This document shows, piece by piece, positions 10,783 to 22,569 of a DNA stretch of 45,591 bases; position 1 is the first letter of the stretch; each line of letters starts with the position of its first letter. The notes under the pieces were generated by a model, which saw only the letters and a list, made by a program, of their open reading frames with translations, ran no database searches and was not told where the DNA came from. The translations under genes were made by a program, and so were the position numbers. This DNA is from Octopus bimaculoides (taxonomy: Eukaryota), in the NCBI RefSeq assembly GCF_001194135.2, contig NC_068982.1, forward strand, positions 99,612,339 to 99,657,929. Reading direction: 5' to 3'.

Positions 10783-11961
10783 NNNNNNNNNNTGTGTGTG
10801 TGTGTGTGTGTGTGTAATTAGAGAAAGAGAGAACGCAACAGGTAATGATGAAGTAGCGGTCAATTTTGCTTAAGTGATTAAAATCATGTTGTTTCATGTA
10901 GCAATTGAATTTTATAAACCTGTGGAGGGTTAAAATTCACTATCTATATTTGCTAAGCAACTGTTCAGTTTTCTCATATTCTCAGTAGCAATATATCCTG
11001 TAATAATGATTAATTTCATTATTTAATTCAATACAACTTTTAAAATCGTACTCTTTGAACTGACCTTCAAATGGAAAAACAGATATCGAGATGTATTTTT
11101 AATTAAAAGAGGTAACATCGAAGGTCAAAAGTATACGTGATTAAAAGAGCATTGCAAAAGAATGTATATTATAATCAACACTGATCAATATTATAAAACT
11201 CTTGAGCAGTGCCTAAGTTATTCTTTTTTGGTCGCGCTCCAATTTTAGTGCATGTACAACCAGATTTGAAGAGTCTTTAAAGAGTCGGACATTATGCTTT
11301 ACTGTACTTAATCAAAAGTTTCTAAACGTACGCTTTTTATCTTTTCGATGTGTGGAAAGTACTGAGGTCAATATAATTAGCTGTATCCCTTCTCTGAATC
11401 TGAGATATTCAGCTCATATTAGAAATCAATAATATAGAGATTCAGTAATTTTATTTTCTTGTTGCTGTTGGACCATGAATTAGAAGAATCGTTTGTAAGT
11501 CGAGAAAAAAATTATTTGAGGTGTATTTGGTAGTTATTTCTAGCAATTATATGGACCGCGAATTACCATGTCTATCATTGAGGTGAAAAGGAAACAAATT
11601 AGATATTTTAGATACTTTCCAAAATGCTAGTCTTTCTCTTCTTGACCAGAAAATTTTTAATTTCTGAACAGTTGATAATCCTCTAAATGATGTTGTAGCA
11701 TGAAAAGTGACGTAAAAAGTATGAGTTGTATGACATGGGGGGAAGTAATGAAGAAGAGGCTGGCATAGAGGAGTTCAAATTTTGTAATAAGATGCAGGTC
11801 GGTTGAAATGTGAGGAGTGAGGACCAGGTTAAGTGAGGTGAGTGGTAAATGAGAATGCAGAGCAAAGGGGAGAAATAAATATAGTATAGATATAAATGCA
11901 AACAAGATGGAAGAGAGGGAACGAAAAGAAAAGCTTGCAAAGGATTGATATCAGTAAGATA

Positions 11962-12152
11962 ATCCTTTCTACTATAGGCACAAGGTCTGAAATTTGTGGA
12001 AAAAGGACTTAATTGGTACTTGATTTATCAACCCCAAAATGCTGAAAGGTAAGGTCGACTTTAGCGGCATTTGAACTCCGAACATAAAGACGGACAGAAC
12101 GCTGCTAAACATTTTATCCGTCGTGCTAACAATTTTGCCAGCTCGCCGCCTT
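11962..12152 (-). mobile_element. tRNA-derived SINE family A
   Basis: Homologous to 18167-18401 and 23513-23745 (aaggcggcgagctggc head, gttc..agttcaaat B-box-like, ctttcagc/tc core). Confidence 0.8.
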
Positions 12153-12821
12153 GAGATCAGTAAGAATGCAAAAAATTAAGAGGCAGTAAAGAGTAGTAAG
12201 AATTACAAAGAGAAAAATGAAGGAGATAGTAGGTACAGTCACAACACCATGTATATCCAAAATTGCACATGACATATAAAACCAAGCAAAGCCTATATTC
12301 GTATATACTTATAGATACGTGCATACAACACAGTGCAAACAAATACACATAAAAAAATGTCCCGAGAAATCAGTGCAAATTTGCTGACAGATATTTAAAT
12401 TGTATGTGGCTTACATTTGTGCGCGTAAGTTCAATAAAGCCAGAAGATGTTATCGTCTGCATGAGTACGTGTTGTGAAGTATAACAATGAGAGAAACCTC
12501 TTATAGATGAAATGAGAGACCCGTTGGTAACTTTGCCAATATTTTCCTCGTGACAGATACGGGAAATTGTTTTCACTATAACAAGGAAAATAACATTAGT
12601 TTCGCCAAAGTCCTTCCAACAAATCGTTGGCCATTTGGTTTTTTAATGATCTTTATGTTATATACATAGTATGTTATAATCTCTTTATTTAAAGTTATTG
12701 ATATAAAAAAGATTGTTTAAAGTAATTAACATTTGCATTAATTTTTTTTACAATCCAGCTGTCCTTTCATACGGAATTCTATCTTTAAACCTTAGCTCTG
12801 ATGAGTGTGTGCATATGTATT

Positions 12822-12856
<35 letters not shown>

Positions 12857-12884
12857 TTGTATACATGAATATATAGATATATAC

Positions 12885-13037
12885 GTAGCTGTGTGCTAAG
12901 AAGCTTGTTTGCCAACCACAAGGTTCTGGGTTCAGTCTCTGGGCAAGTGCCCTCTACTATAGCCTTGGGTCGACCAAAGCCATGTCAGTGGATTTGGTTG
13001 ACGGAAACTGAACGAAGTCTATCCTATACATACATAC
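12885..13037 (+). mobile_element. SINE family B head (tRNA-like plus CORE-like tgggcaagt) running into microsatellite and gap
   Basis: Reverse complement of 29011-29168. Confidence 0.75.
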
Positions 13038-13400
13038 NNNNNNNNNNNNNNNNNNNNNNNNNNNNNNNNNNNNNNNNNNNNNNNNNNNNNNNNNNNNNNN
13101 NNNNNNNNNNNNNNNNNNNNNNNNNNNNNNNNNNNNNNNNNNNNNNNNNNNNNNNNNNNNNNNNNNNNNNNNNNNNNNNNNNNNNNNNNNNNNNNNNNNN
13201 NNNNNNNNNNNNNNNNNNNNNNNNNNNNNNNNNNNNNNNNNNNNNNNNNNNNNNNNNNNNNNNNNNNNNNNNNNNNNNNNNNNNNNNNNNNNNNNNNNNN
13301 NNNNNNNNNNNNNNNNNNNNNNNNNNNNNNNNNNNNNNNNNNNNNNNNNNNNNNNNNNNNNNNNNNNNNNNNNNNNNNNNNNNNNNNNNNNNNNNNNNNN

Positions 13401-15752
13401 ACAAAAAGCAGAAAACCCCATGAAGGATCCAATACCACCCAAAACCCTACAGGAAAGAAGAAATTTGGAAGGCACTCAAGAACCTGCAAATTTTACCTGC
13501 AAGGCAAATGTTGGCATGGGGAAGACGGCAAAAACTGCCGGTTTGCCCACCCGACACCCCGCCAAAACCACAGAGGCCTTAAAGAGAAAAACTTCCCTGA
13601 GGAAAGACAACAAATGTCTCCAAGGAAAAAATTTACAAAACAAGTGCGCTCTTCAGAGCTTATGCGCAACGCAGCAGCTGAGCAAGAGTCTTTTTTTGGT
13701 ACCTGGCGCAAAAGATTGTGCAGCAGCTGACCTGGCTACGCCAAGCACAAACAAGGAACCTTGTCCACCACTGCGCAAGACCACCACAATCAACAGACAC
13801 GGGATGGCCTCCCCTAATGCCTGCACGATCGTCACACCAATATTTTTACTAAATATTAGGGCCTGTTGCTTCATAATAAAAGCAAAATTTCTTTCCTGAG
13901 TGATCTTTCTGCATGCAATCAGACCGACTAGGGCGAATAACATTCTGGATCTCTGCTTCATGAACAATATGGGCATCATTCATGATGTGAAAGTGACGCC
14001 GACGTTAGTCTCGGATCATAACATAATAGAGCTGTCTATGTTTAAGCCGAAAGTAACCAGAGACATACAGCCTAAAGGAAGCTCCCGAAATCTCTCTCAG
14101 AACTTCCACAAAGCAGACTGGAAATCGATCCAAAAAGAGATCCTCAGAGAGGACTGGCCAAAATGTCTCTCCACAGCAGACATTGACACGAAACTAGAAC
14201 GTTTCATGTCTGTTGTGCAAGCCATATGCCAGAAATATGTCCCAGAGCACAAGGCCAAAACAAATAGGAACAAGATTCCAAGGGAGAGGAAGATCTTCAT
14301 GAGACGACGGACGAAGGTTGCAAATCGATTCAACCAACATCCCAAAAGTAGTGAAAGGTCCCGCCTAAAAACAACACTGATGGAGATTGAAAAAGGCTGC
14401 AACAATACTATGTGAGGGAAAGAGCAGACAAATGTTATAAAAACATGAAGTCAAACCCAAAGGCCTTCTTTCATTACGCGAAAGAAACAGCCTCAGTACG
14501 CTGCAAGATAGGACCNNNNNNNNNNNNNNNNNNNNNNNNNNNNNNNNNNNNNNNNNNNNNNNNNNNNNNNNNNNNNNNNNNNNNNNNNNNNNNNNNNNNN
14601 NNNNNNNNNNNNNNNNNNNNNNNNNNNNNNNNNNNNNNNNNNNNNNNNNNNNNNNNNNNNNNNNNNNNNNNNNNNNNNNNNNNNNNNNNNNNNNNNNNNN
14701 NNNNNNNNNNNNNNNNNNNNNNNNNNNNNNNNNNNNNNNNNNNNNNNNNNNNNNNNNNNNNNNNNNNNNNNNNNNNNNNNNNNNNNNNNNNNNNNNNNNN
14801 NNNNNNNNNNNNNNNNNNNNNNNNNNNNNNNNNNNNNNNNNNNNNNNNNNNNNNNNNNNNNNNNNNNNNNNNNNNNNNNNNNNNNNNNNNNNNNNNNNNN
14901 NNNNNNNNNNNNNNNNNNNNNNNNNNNGAAGTCAAACCCAAAGGCCTTCTTTCATTACGCGAAAGAAACAGCCTCAGTACGCTGCAAGATAGGACCCCTT
15001 AGGTTCAGTGAAGTACTGAATGACCTGTTCAAAAGTGTCTTTACCACCCTGTTTAGAACACAGACCAGTGGACTTCTTTGCCGCCTTACCTATAACCAGC
15101 GAGGCAGTTATGATGGAATACATCGACATTAGCGAAGAAGATATACTACTAGCAATGGATGAGGTGGACGCAAACTCAACTGCTGGTCCTGATGGTTTCC
15201 CAGCAATCCTCCTCAAATCGTGTAAGCATGCCCTGGCAAAACTCCTCCAGATTCTCTTCCAGAGCTTTCTTGCAAATGGCAGACTGCCAAGAAAGCTGAA
15301 GGGGGGGGGGGATAATACGCCCAATCCATAAAGGGGGAAGCAGAGCAGATGCCAAAAATATAGGCCTATCTCTCTAACTTCACACATCAGCAGAGTCATG
15401 GAAAGGATAGTCAGAGGAAAACTAATCGCAATCCTTGAAGAAAATAACTTGCTGAGTGATACCCAACGTGGCTTTCGACCAGGTAGGAGCTGCCTGACCC
15501 AGCTCTTACAACATTATGACTGGGTATTGAGGCAGTTACTCAACAACTCAAATATAGACGTAATATACCTTGATTTTACAAAGGCTTTTGACAAGGTAGA
15601 TCATGGTATGATATGACACAAACTGCGTGATCTCGGCATAGCTGGAAAACTTGGAGAGTGGTTACATGACTTTCTGAAAGATAGAAGTCAGGCAGTAGTG
15701 GCTAATGGAGCCACCTCTATGAAAACACAAATAGTGAGCGGTGTTCCACAGG
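13401..15752 (+). mobile_element. CR1-clade LINE: ORF1 3' end with CCCH finger, internally deleted APE endonuclease, RT domains 0-4
   Basis: CKFYLQGKCWHGEDGKNCRFAH (13485-13550); LLNIRGL...; PTRANNILDL...SDHNII; KSNPKAFFHY; STAGPDGFPAILLK; YRPISLTS; QRGFRPGRSCLTQLL; VIYLDFTKAFDKVDH; SGVPQG at the gap edge. Contains stops and frameshifts. Confidence 0.92.
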
Positions 15753-16656
15753 NNNNNNNNNNNNNNNNNNNNNNNNNNNNNNNNNNNNNNNNNNNNNNNN
15801 NNNNNNNNNNNNNNNNNNNNNNNNNNNNNNNNNNNNNNNNNNNNNNNNNNNNNNNNNNNNNNNNNNNNNNNNNNNNNNNNNNNNNNNNNNNNNNNNNNNN
15901 NNNNNNNNNNNNNNNNNNNNNNNNNNNNNNNNNNNNNNNNNNNNNNNNNNNNNNNNNNNNNNNNNNNNNNNNNNNNNNNNNNNNNNNNNNNNNNNNNNNN
16001 NNNNNNNNNNNNNNNNNNNNNNNNNNNNNNNNNNNNNNNNNNNNNNNNNNNNNNNNNNNNNNNNNNNNNNNNNNNNNNNNNNNNNNNNNNNNNNNNNNNN
16101 NNNNNNNNNNNNNNNNNNNNNNNNNNNNNNNNNNNNNNNNNNNNNNNNNNNNNNNNNNNNNNNNNNNNNNNNNNNNNNNNNNNNNNNNNNNNNNNNNNNN
16201 NNNNNNNNNNNNNNNNNNNNNNNNNNNNNNNNNNNNNNNNNNNNNNNNNNNNNNNNNNNNNNNNNNNNNNNNNNNNNNNNNNNNNNNNNNNNNNNNNNNN
16301 NNNNNNNNNNNNNNNNNNNNNNNNNNNNNNNNNNNNNNNNNNNNNNNNNNNNNNNNNNNNNNNNNNNNNNNNNNNNNNNNNNNNNNNNNNNNNNNNNNNN
16401 NNNNNNNNNNNNNNNNNNNNNNNNATATATATATAAATTTTTCTCGGCTTATCGAACTTCGATATGGGGAAAATTTACAACCTTGTGCGCGTGTACATGT
16501 GTGTGACCAAGGCGAGTGAATTCCGAAGTGACTGTCAAGCTTTTTCTTTACGTTTTGCGTATACTTATATGTGTAATACACACATGTTTGTTTATATGTA
16601 CACATACATATACATACATACATACATACATACATACATACATACATACATAATAC

Positions 16657-16705
<49 letters not shown>

Positions 16706-17375
16706 AATTTAGGGAATGGCGTAGATAAAATCTAGGCTACATATTGTTTCATAGCTAGCAGAACTTCATCATCATCATCATTTTTCTTTTCGATCAAACC
16801 TCCTGTGAGTTAACATGGAATCCCATGGCGGCAATATAACCCTCATTTGACTAAGGTATCTTTGGCCTGACGAGTAGCTAGCGGTTTACCCCTCGTGAGG
16901 ATATTTACTACCTCCGAGGTTCCGCTGGCTATGAAACATATTTCGACTGAATTTCATCTAATCCATTCCCTAAATTTAGACTTTTATTCGCATACACAGC
17001 AACCGCAGTTGCTAACCGTGAACTATAAAACTTTTCTCAGTTTATCGAACTTCGATATGGGGAAAATTTACAACATTCTATGTCAATAAAGCACTGTTGT
17101 TCCTGAAAGTTGTTTTTTTATACCTTTTACGGACTGCTCGAAGCTTACTAACTTCCTACACTTTGATCCTTGGATCTTATGTGTTATATACATAGATAGA
17201 ATAGACAGGTTGATATATGAAGAGGAAAGAAGATAGCTATGTATGTGTTTGTACACGCACGCGCACATACACACGCACACATACACACACACATATACAC
17301 ACACTCACTGACACACATACACACACAACCACCACACACTACGCAAAACAAACATCTACAAGCTGAGACCTTGAA

Positions 17376-17632
17376 AATGACGTCATTAAACCATTGATTG
17401 CTGCATAGTCGGCGGTGACGTGTTAAATATGAAAAAAAATTGCAAAAGCTAAACAATCTCAACAGATTGGAAACAAATTTTCGCCTATGCTCTGTTTTAT
17501 GTTCCGTTACCCACTCAGAGTGTCGACTACAGTCGGGGCCGACAGTTTCGAACAGTGACCTTTCGCTCACTTTCGTATTTTTCTTCTCTGTATTGTTGTG
17601 ACAGCTGCTCTATCTAGGTCACAAAGGTCAGT
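17376..17632 (+). promoter_or_regulatory. Candidate promoter and non-coding first exon
   Basis: Palindromic CRE aaTGACGTCAtt (17376-17387), a second GTGACGTG, local CpG enrichment, donor-like AAG|GTCAGT at 17627. Confidence 0.3.
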
Positions 17633-17769
17633 AATGCATATAAACTTACTTTTGTATGTATGTGTATGTGTGTGTGCGTGTATGTGTCTGTCCATGTGCT
17701 TACATAAATATATATATATATATATATATGATTTTTGTTTTTTTTTTGTTTCGTTTTCTTTTATTTCTT

Positions 17770-17945
17770 TCAATCATTAGACTGGAAACTATTGCTGGGC
17801 ACTTTCTTTTAGTGTTTACTCGTACAAATCGACCCCAGNNNNNNNNNNATTTGACGAATCACTATATTTCAAAGATGTAAACAACACTTTATCGGTTGTT
17901 AAGCGGTGAGGAGGATAAACACAAGCACAAAGACGCACACAAAAA
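17770..17945 (-). mobile_element. Degenerate SINE family B 3' part
   Basis: aaatcgaccccag...gtaaacaacac...ggttgttaagcgg...aaacac resembles 37575-37800. Confidence 0.5.
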
Positions 17946-18166
17946 GACAAGTCGTAAGACCGGTGGATAGATTGCTTTGAATAGACATCCATTCCGGCTG
18001 AGTGCACACTCAGTTCAATTACCGCTGAGTTCAAGTTTGCCTTTTATCTTTTCGGAGCTGTTAAATAAAGTTTCAGACATTTGCAACGATCGATTCCTCT
18101 TTTTCTGTTTGAAGAATAAATCGGCTGTAGTCAGACCGGTAGAGGTTTGGAATCTGCCTGATCTAA

Positions 18167-18401
18167 TTTCTTTATTGCCTACAAGGGACTAAACATTGAG
18201 AGGACAAACAAGGACAGACAAAGGGATTAAGTCGATTACATCGACCCCAGTGCGTAACTAGTACTTAATTTATCGACCCCGAAAGGATGAAAGGCAAAGT
18301 CGACCTCGGCGGAATTTGAACTCAGAACGTAACGGCAGACGAAATACCGCTAAGCATTTCGCCCGGCGTGCTAACGTTTCTGCCAGCTCGCCACCTTAAT
18401 C
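18167..18401 (-). mobile_element. Full-length young SINE family A with perfect 19-bp TSD
   Basis: TGGAATCTGCCTGATCTAA at 18148-18166 and 18402-18420; nearly identical to 21386-21616. Confidence 0.92.
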
Positions 18402-19432
18402 TGGAATCTGCCTGATCTAAACTTGCTTAAGTACAACGTATGTCACGACGGTTCCTCTATGATTCAATCAGCTTCGGAAATCCTTATGTCTGTGTCTCTG
18501 TTCTGTGTGCGTGTGAGTGTATGTGTGTGTGTATATGTGTGTGTGTGTGCGTGCGCGCGTGTATGTGTCTGTTTCTGTGTTCCTTTGTCTGTTTGTGTGT
18601 GTGTGCGTGCGTGCGCACGCGCGTGTACATGCATATATGTGTGTGTGCTAAATGAATATTTTATACTTAGATGTAGAAGCACTCCTTAAACGTCAGATTT
18701 CTTTTGTTCCCAACCGAACTTAGCTATTCTCATAAGATTCGGCAACCAGTCAGTAACGAGATTGTTGTCGTCACCATCATCATATCATCATCAGAAGCTC
18801 GACTTATAATTTCGTTTGCAAACTCTGGCGGATAATATTTTGTAGTCAATTTGAAAAGGAAACGGACAATGTCCTTTATAACCAGTCAAGTTGCTGATGG
18901 TCCCTTTAGTGATGCTCCAAATAGTCTCGTGGTGTGTTTAATTTGGTCATATCATTACGGAGTCCCTGACCAAGAATCACAACAATGTCTGCAAGAATCT
19001 CTTCTCCGTTGTCATTCCCTTGTGCATTCTTTCAAAGAATTTCTTCTCAATGCAGCTCAGCCTATATTTCAAAGAACCAAAGAAGTAACCTCTACACAGG
19101 TGCTAGAAATATCTGCTTAGAATTCCCGCCTGAATTACATTTCCTGTTTTAAAATAAGGACATGTTGCACCTTTTCTTTTAATCGTTTTCTCAATGCGGT
19201 AGGATTTGATTTGAGGGAATTTGGTTTGATTTCTAGCAAGTTAAACGACCAACAAGAGACTCCTTCGTATGATTTTAGTAGTGTTCTAATATATTGTAGA
19301 GAGATCTGCCTGTTTAGGCGTCTATTCTATATGTGGCAGAAGTTGTTGTTGTTGTTGTTGTTGATGACGCGGTTGTTGCTGTTGCTATAATCATCGGATC
19401 ATTTTCAGAAGTTGTATTTTAAATTTTGAAGA

Positions 19433-19522
19433 ATGGCCTCAAGTGGTATCCAAGAACATAATGAAGCACGCAGGAAACAGATGCATATGGAGCGAATTGC
19501 AAATTTACAAAAATCTATTGGT
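19433..19522 (+). CDS. Candidate first coding exon of an unidentified host gene (MASSGIQEHNEARRKQMHMERIANLQKSIG)
   Basis: ATG-initiated 30-codon frame ending at a perfect phase-0 GTAAGT donor (19523); upstream acceptor ttttcAG at 19407-19408; no TE similarity recognised. Confidence 0.5.
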
Positions 19523-20092
19523 GTAAGTAAACTTATTTCTTTGTATTCATATAAACATCTTACTGTAATCTAGCCAAGCTTATAATATATCTTCTTGCTC
19601 GGGGACACCGTCTTTCAGTTACTAGCGCAGTCTGGTATTTATTTTATCGAGTCGTTAAGTAACAGCTTTTAAGACAACATTGATTTTATACTAGTAAATA
19701 TAAACATAGGTATGCATAGATAAAGAGATAGACAGACTGACAGATTCCTGTTTGAAGCATTAATAACGTTCGTTGCTTAATGACTGCTATCTTAAACATT
19801 CGCATGAATTTGGAAGAATCGTTAGGAAAATCGAACAAAAGTTGTTTGTGCTATTTAGTTACGGCTTATACGCTAATACGTTCCGAAGTCAAATCCTGCC
19901 AGGGTCAACAACACCCTTCATCTTTCCGGAGTCAGTAAAATGAGATATTGCTCAAGTACTGGAATCATTTCCTAGAATGCATTCTAGACGTGAATGAGAT
20001 AAGAACGTAACACATTAAACTTTCACGTGGCATCAGCAATCACCTTTTATTATATGGTGACCAATATTTTATTCCATTTCTATTCATGTGTC

Positions 20093-20126
<34 letters not shown>

Positions 20127-20595
20127 CACACATACACTCGCATACATACAGACACATACACTCATGCACACTCACTCTCACATGCACATACATTTATGTA
20201 TATACAAAACCATTTATAACCCATACATCGTTTTAATACATCCACTGTTACCCTCTCGTCTTCGTTACTATCGTTTTGATCACCTTGCTTGTCATCGCAA
20301 GTCATTTCCTTCACGTATCTTGCACCTGCAGCACTTTAAATCAATGATCATCATCCGATGAAGTGATTCCGAAAGCAGAATGAAGTGTTGACATCTGTCG
20401 TAAATAAATTATCAAATTACAAAAACATTGCTTAATAGAATACATGTGGTTTGGACATAATCATTTAAACGTTAAATCTATCATGTTTAGACAATGAACA
20501 CAATGTTTGTATATCATTAGAATCTACTGATAATTAATTACACGTCATATCTTCGAAGATCAGTCTAGTTTTCCATGCATTTTCAGTTGCTGGCG

Positions 20596-20823
20596 AAGGC
20601 GTCTGACTGACAGAATCGTTAGCACGCCGGACAAAATGCTTAGTGACATTTCGTCCGTCTCTACTTTCGGAGTTCAGATTCAACCGAAGTCGACTTTGCC
20701 TTTCATCCTTTCGAACTCGATAAATTAAGTACCAGTTGAACACTGGGTCGATGTGATCGACACGTCCCCTCCCCACAAATGGCTGGCCTTTTGACAAAAT
20801 TTCAAAGCATTCTTATTATTATT
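20596..20823 (+). mobile_element. SINE family A with (ATT)n tail
   Basis: cgttagcacgccgg...gtcgactttgcctttcatcctttcg...taaattaagtaccagt; tail ttattattatt. Confidence 0.85.
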
Positions 20824-22560
20824 CGGTAGTCTTATTTTTATCACGTGCTTTCACTGCACTACCGAGCGCAGCTCTGAGTGCCTTGGGCATGTGCTGTGGC
20901 TTGTTGTGGTGCTCTTATTTTCAATGTATTGTGGTGCTCTTATTTTCAATGTCGTGGTGCTCTTATTTTCAATGCTGTGGTGCTCTTATTTTCAATGTTT
21001 TACGTAGGATGTGTGTGGTGCCTAGTAGTGCTATTTTTGAATGCTATATATACTTGTAAGTCCTGAAGTTTTTGCTATGCATTTCTCTGAATGTTTTTTT
21101 ATCATACCTAATGCGCCTACTATAACAGGAATTGTTTCTATTTGTAGGCTCCACTTTCGAGTTACCTCTATTTCCAAATCTTTGTATTTTGAAAGTTCCT
21201 CGTTTCTTTTAGAGAAGCTTTGTCATCTTTTGATATTGATACATCAATTAGAAGGCATTTATTATTATTTTTATTTTTTGGTAATCTCTGACAACTATAT
21301 CTGGCCTATTATCTTAATTTCTCTATCTGTGTGTATCGACATATCTCAGAGAATGATTGCTTTGTCACGTTTTGAAACCTTTTCTTATTTCTTTATTGCC
21401 CACAAGGGGCTAAACATATAGGGGACAAACAAGGACAGACAAAGGGATTAAGTCGATTACATCGACCCCAGTGCGTAACTGGTACTTAATTTATCGACCC
21501 CGAAAGGATGAAAAGCAAAGTCGACCTCGGCGGAATTTGAACACATAATGTAACGGCAGACGAAATACTGCTAAGCATTTGGCCCGGTGTGCTAACGTTT
21601 CTGCCAGCTCGCTGCCTTTTGAGACCTTTTCTGGCATGTGTTGGGATAGTGTTAGCATAGCTTCCAGTGTATACAGGTTCCAACTCTGTCGTATCTGAAT
21701 ATATTCCTTCTTAGCCAGGACTGGGCAGCCAGGACTGGGCAGTCAGAGACAATATGATTTATTGTTTTCTTCTTCTCCATCACTACATATTCTGAAGTTA
21801 CTTGTATTTCTCTCTCTATGTGAGAAGGCTTTGGTCTTCTAGTGCAATTAAAAATCCTTCGGTCTCTGTTTTGAGTCCTGAGCTTCTCAGCCATTGTTGG
21901 GGTTTTGCTTTGTCTATTTCTTTTCTGTTTAGTTTAATCCAATATTTGCCATGAAAGGGCTTTTCTTGCCATCGTTTTGTCATGATACGTTGCTGTTCCA
22001 GTTTTGGTTTGGATTTCATTTGTTTTACAGCTTTTGTTGTTTATTCTTTTCCTTCATAGTTGTTAGCTACTATGATTTCTTTATTGCATCTATCAGCTAG
22101 CTTCCTTAAAGAGAGAAAACAGATTTTTTTTGTTTTGTTCGTGTTTTGTGGATATTGTATCAGTTTTCCTTGCTTCTGAAGTAGGTATTTCTGTAATCCT
22201 ATAGTAATTATTTTGTAACAGTTTTCCAGCTGTATAGGGCCTCTCCCTCCTTCAATACGTTGTATATATAACCTTTCTATGTCAGATTTTGGGTGGTGCA
22301 TCCTGAATCCTGTCATTATTTTTCTTGTTTTCCTGTCTATTTTTGATTAGTTCATTCAGAGTCCGGCTAAGTATATTGTTGCTGTAACTTATAACTGGGA
22401 CGGCTAGAGTGTTGAAAACTATTATATTGATTTTCGCATTGATCTCTGTTTTCAGTATTAAACTCGTCTGTAGTATTCCTTTCTTATTTTCTCTTTCATT
22501 TGTGAGTGTTGTATCGTATCTAGTTCATTGATTCCTAAGTATTTATATGTCTAGCTTTGG
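20824..22560 (-). mobile_element. R4/Dong LINE 3' half, interrupted by a SINE
   Basis: HPKSDIERLYIQRIEGGRGPIQLE; KPFHGKY...WLRSSGLKTETEG; TINHIVSDCPVL...YDRVGTCIHWKLC; PDIVV; KYKDLEIE...VGALG; LLGTTHILRK. Confidence 0.88.
21386..21616 (-). mobile_element. SINE family A nested in the R4 element, 16-bp TSD with 1 mismatch
   Basis: ttttgaaaccttttct (21370-21385) versus ttttgagaccttttct (21617-21632). Confidence 0.88.
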
Positions 22561-22569
22561 TCTAATCAT

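Noticed and set aside
10105-10897. ORFs with poly-L, poly-I or poly-T (similar poly-Y/N/HT/CV ORFs occur elsewhere)
   Set aside because: They are translations of TAA, CA or TA microsatellites.
11657-11940. Hydrophobic minus-strand ORFs
   Set aside because: Low-complexity purine-rich tract; no motif or splice support.
13420-13899. 159-aa ORF as a novel protein
   Set aside because: Mostly the off-frame shadow of the CR1 ORF1; only its end (PIFLLNIR) enters the endonuclease frame.
18167-18401. tRNA-like A/B boxes in SINE heads as tRNA genes (also 12885, 23513, 29011, 42325)
   Set aside because: No complete cloverleaf; they continue into SINE body and tail.
18851-19120. 89-aa ORF upstream of the candidate exon
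   Set aside because: TTG start, no recognisable motif, no convincing splice sites.
20905-20998. CRISPR-like short direct repeats
   Set aside because: No unique spacers, no cas genes, eukaryotic context; this is a tandem expansion inside a LINE.
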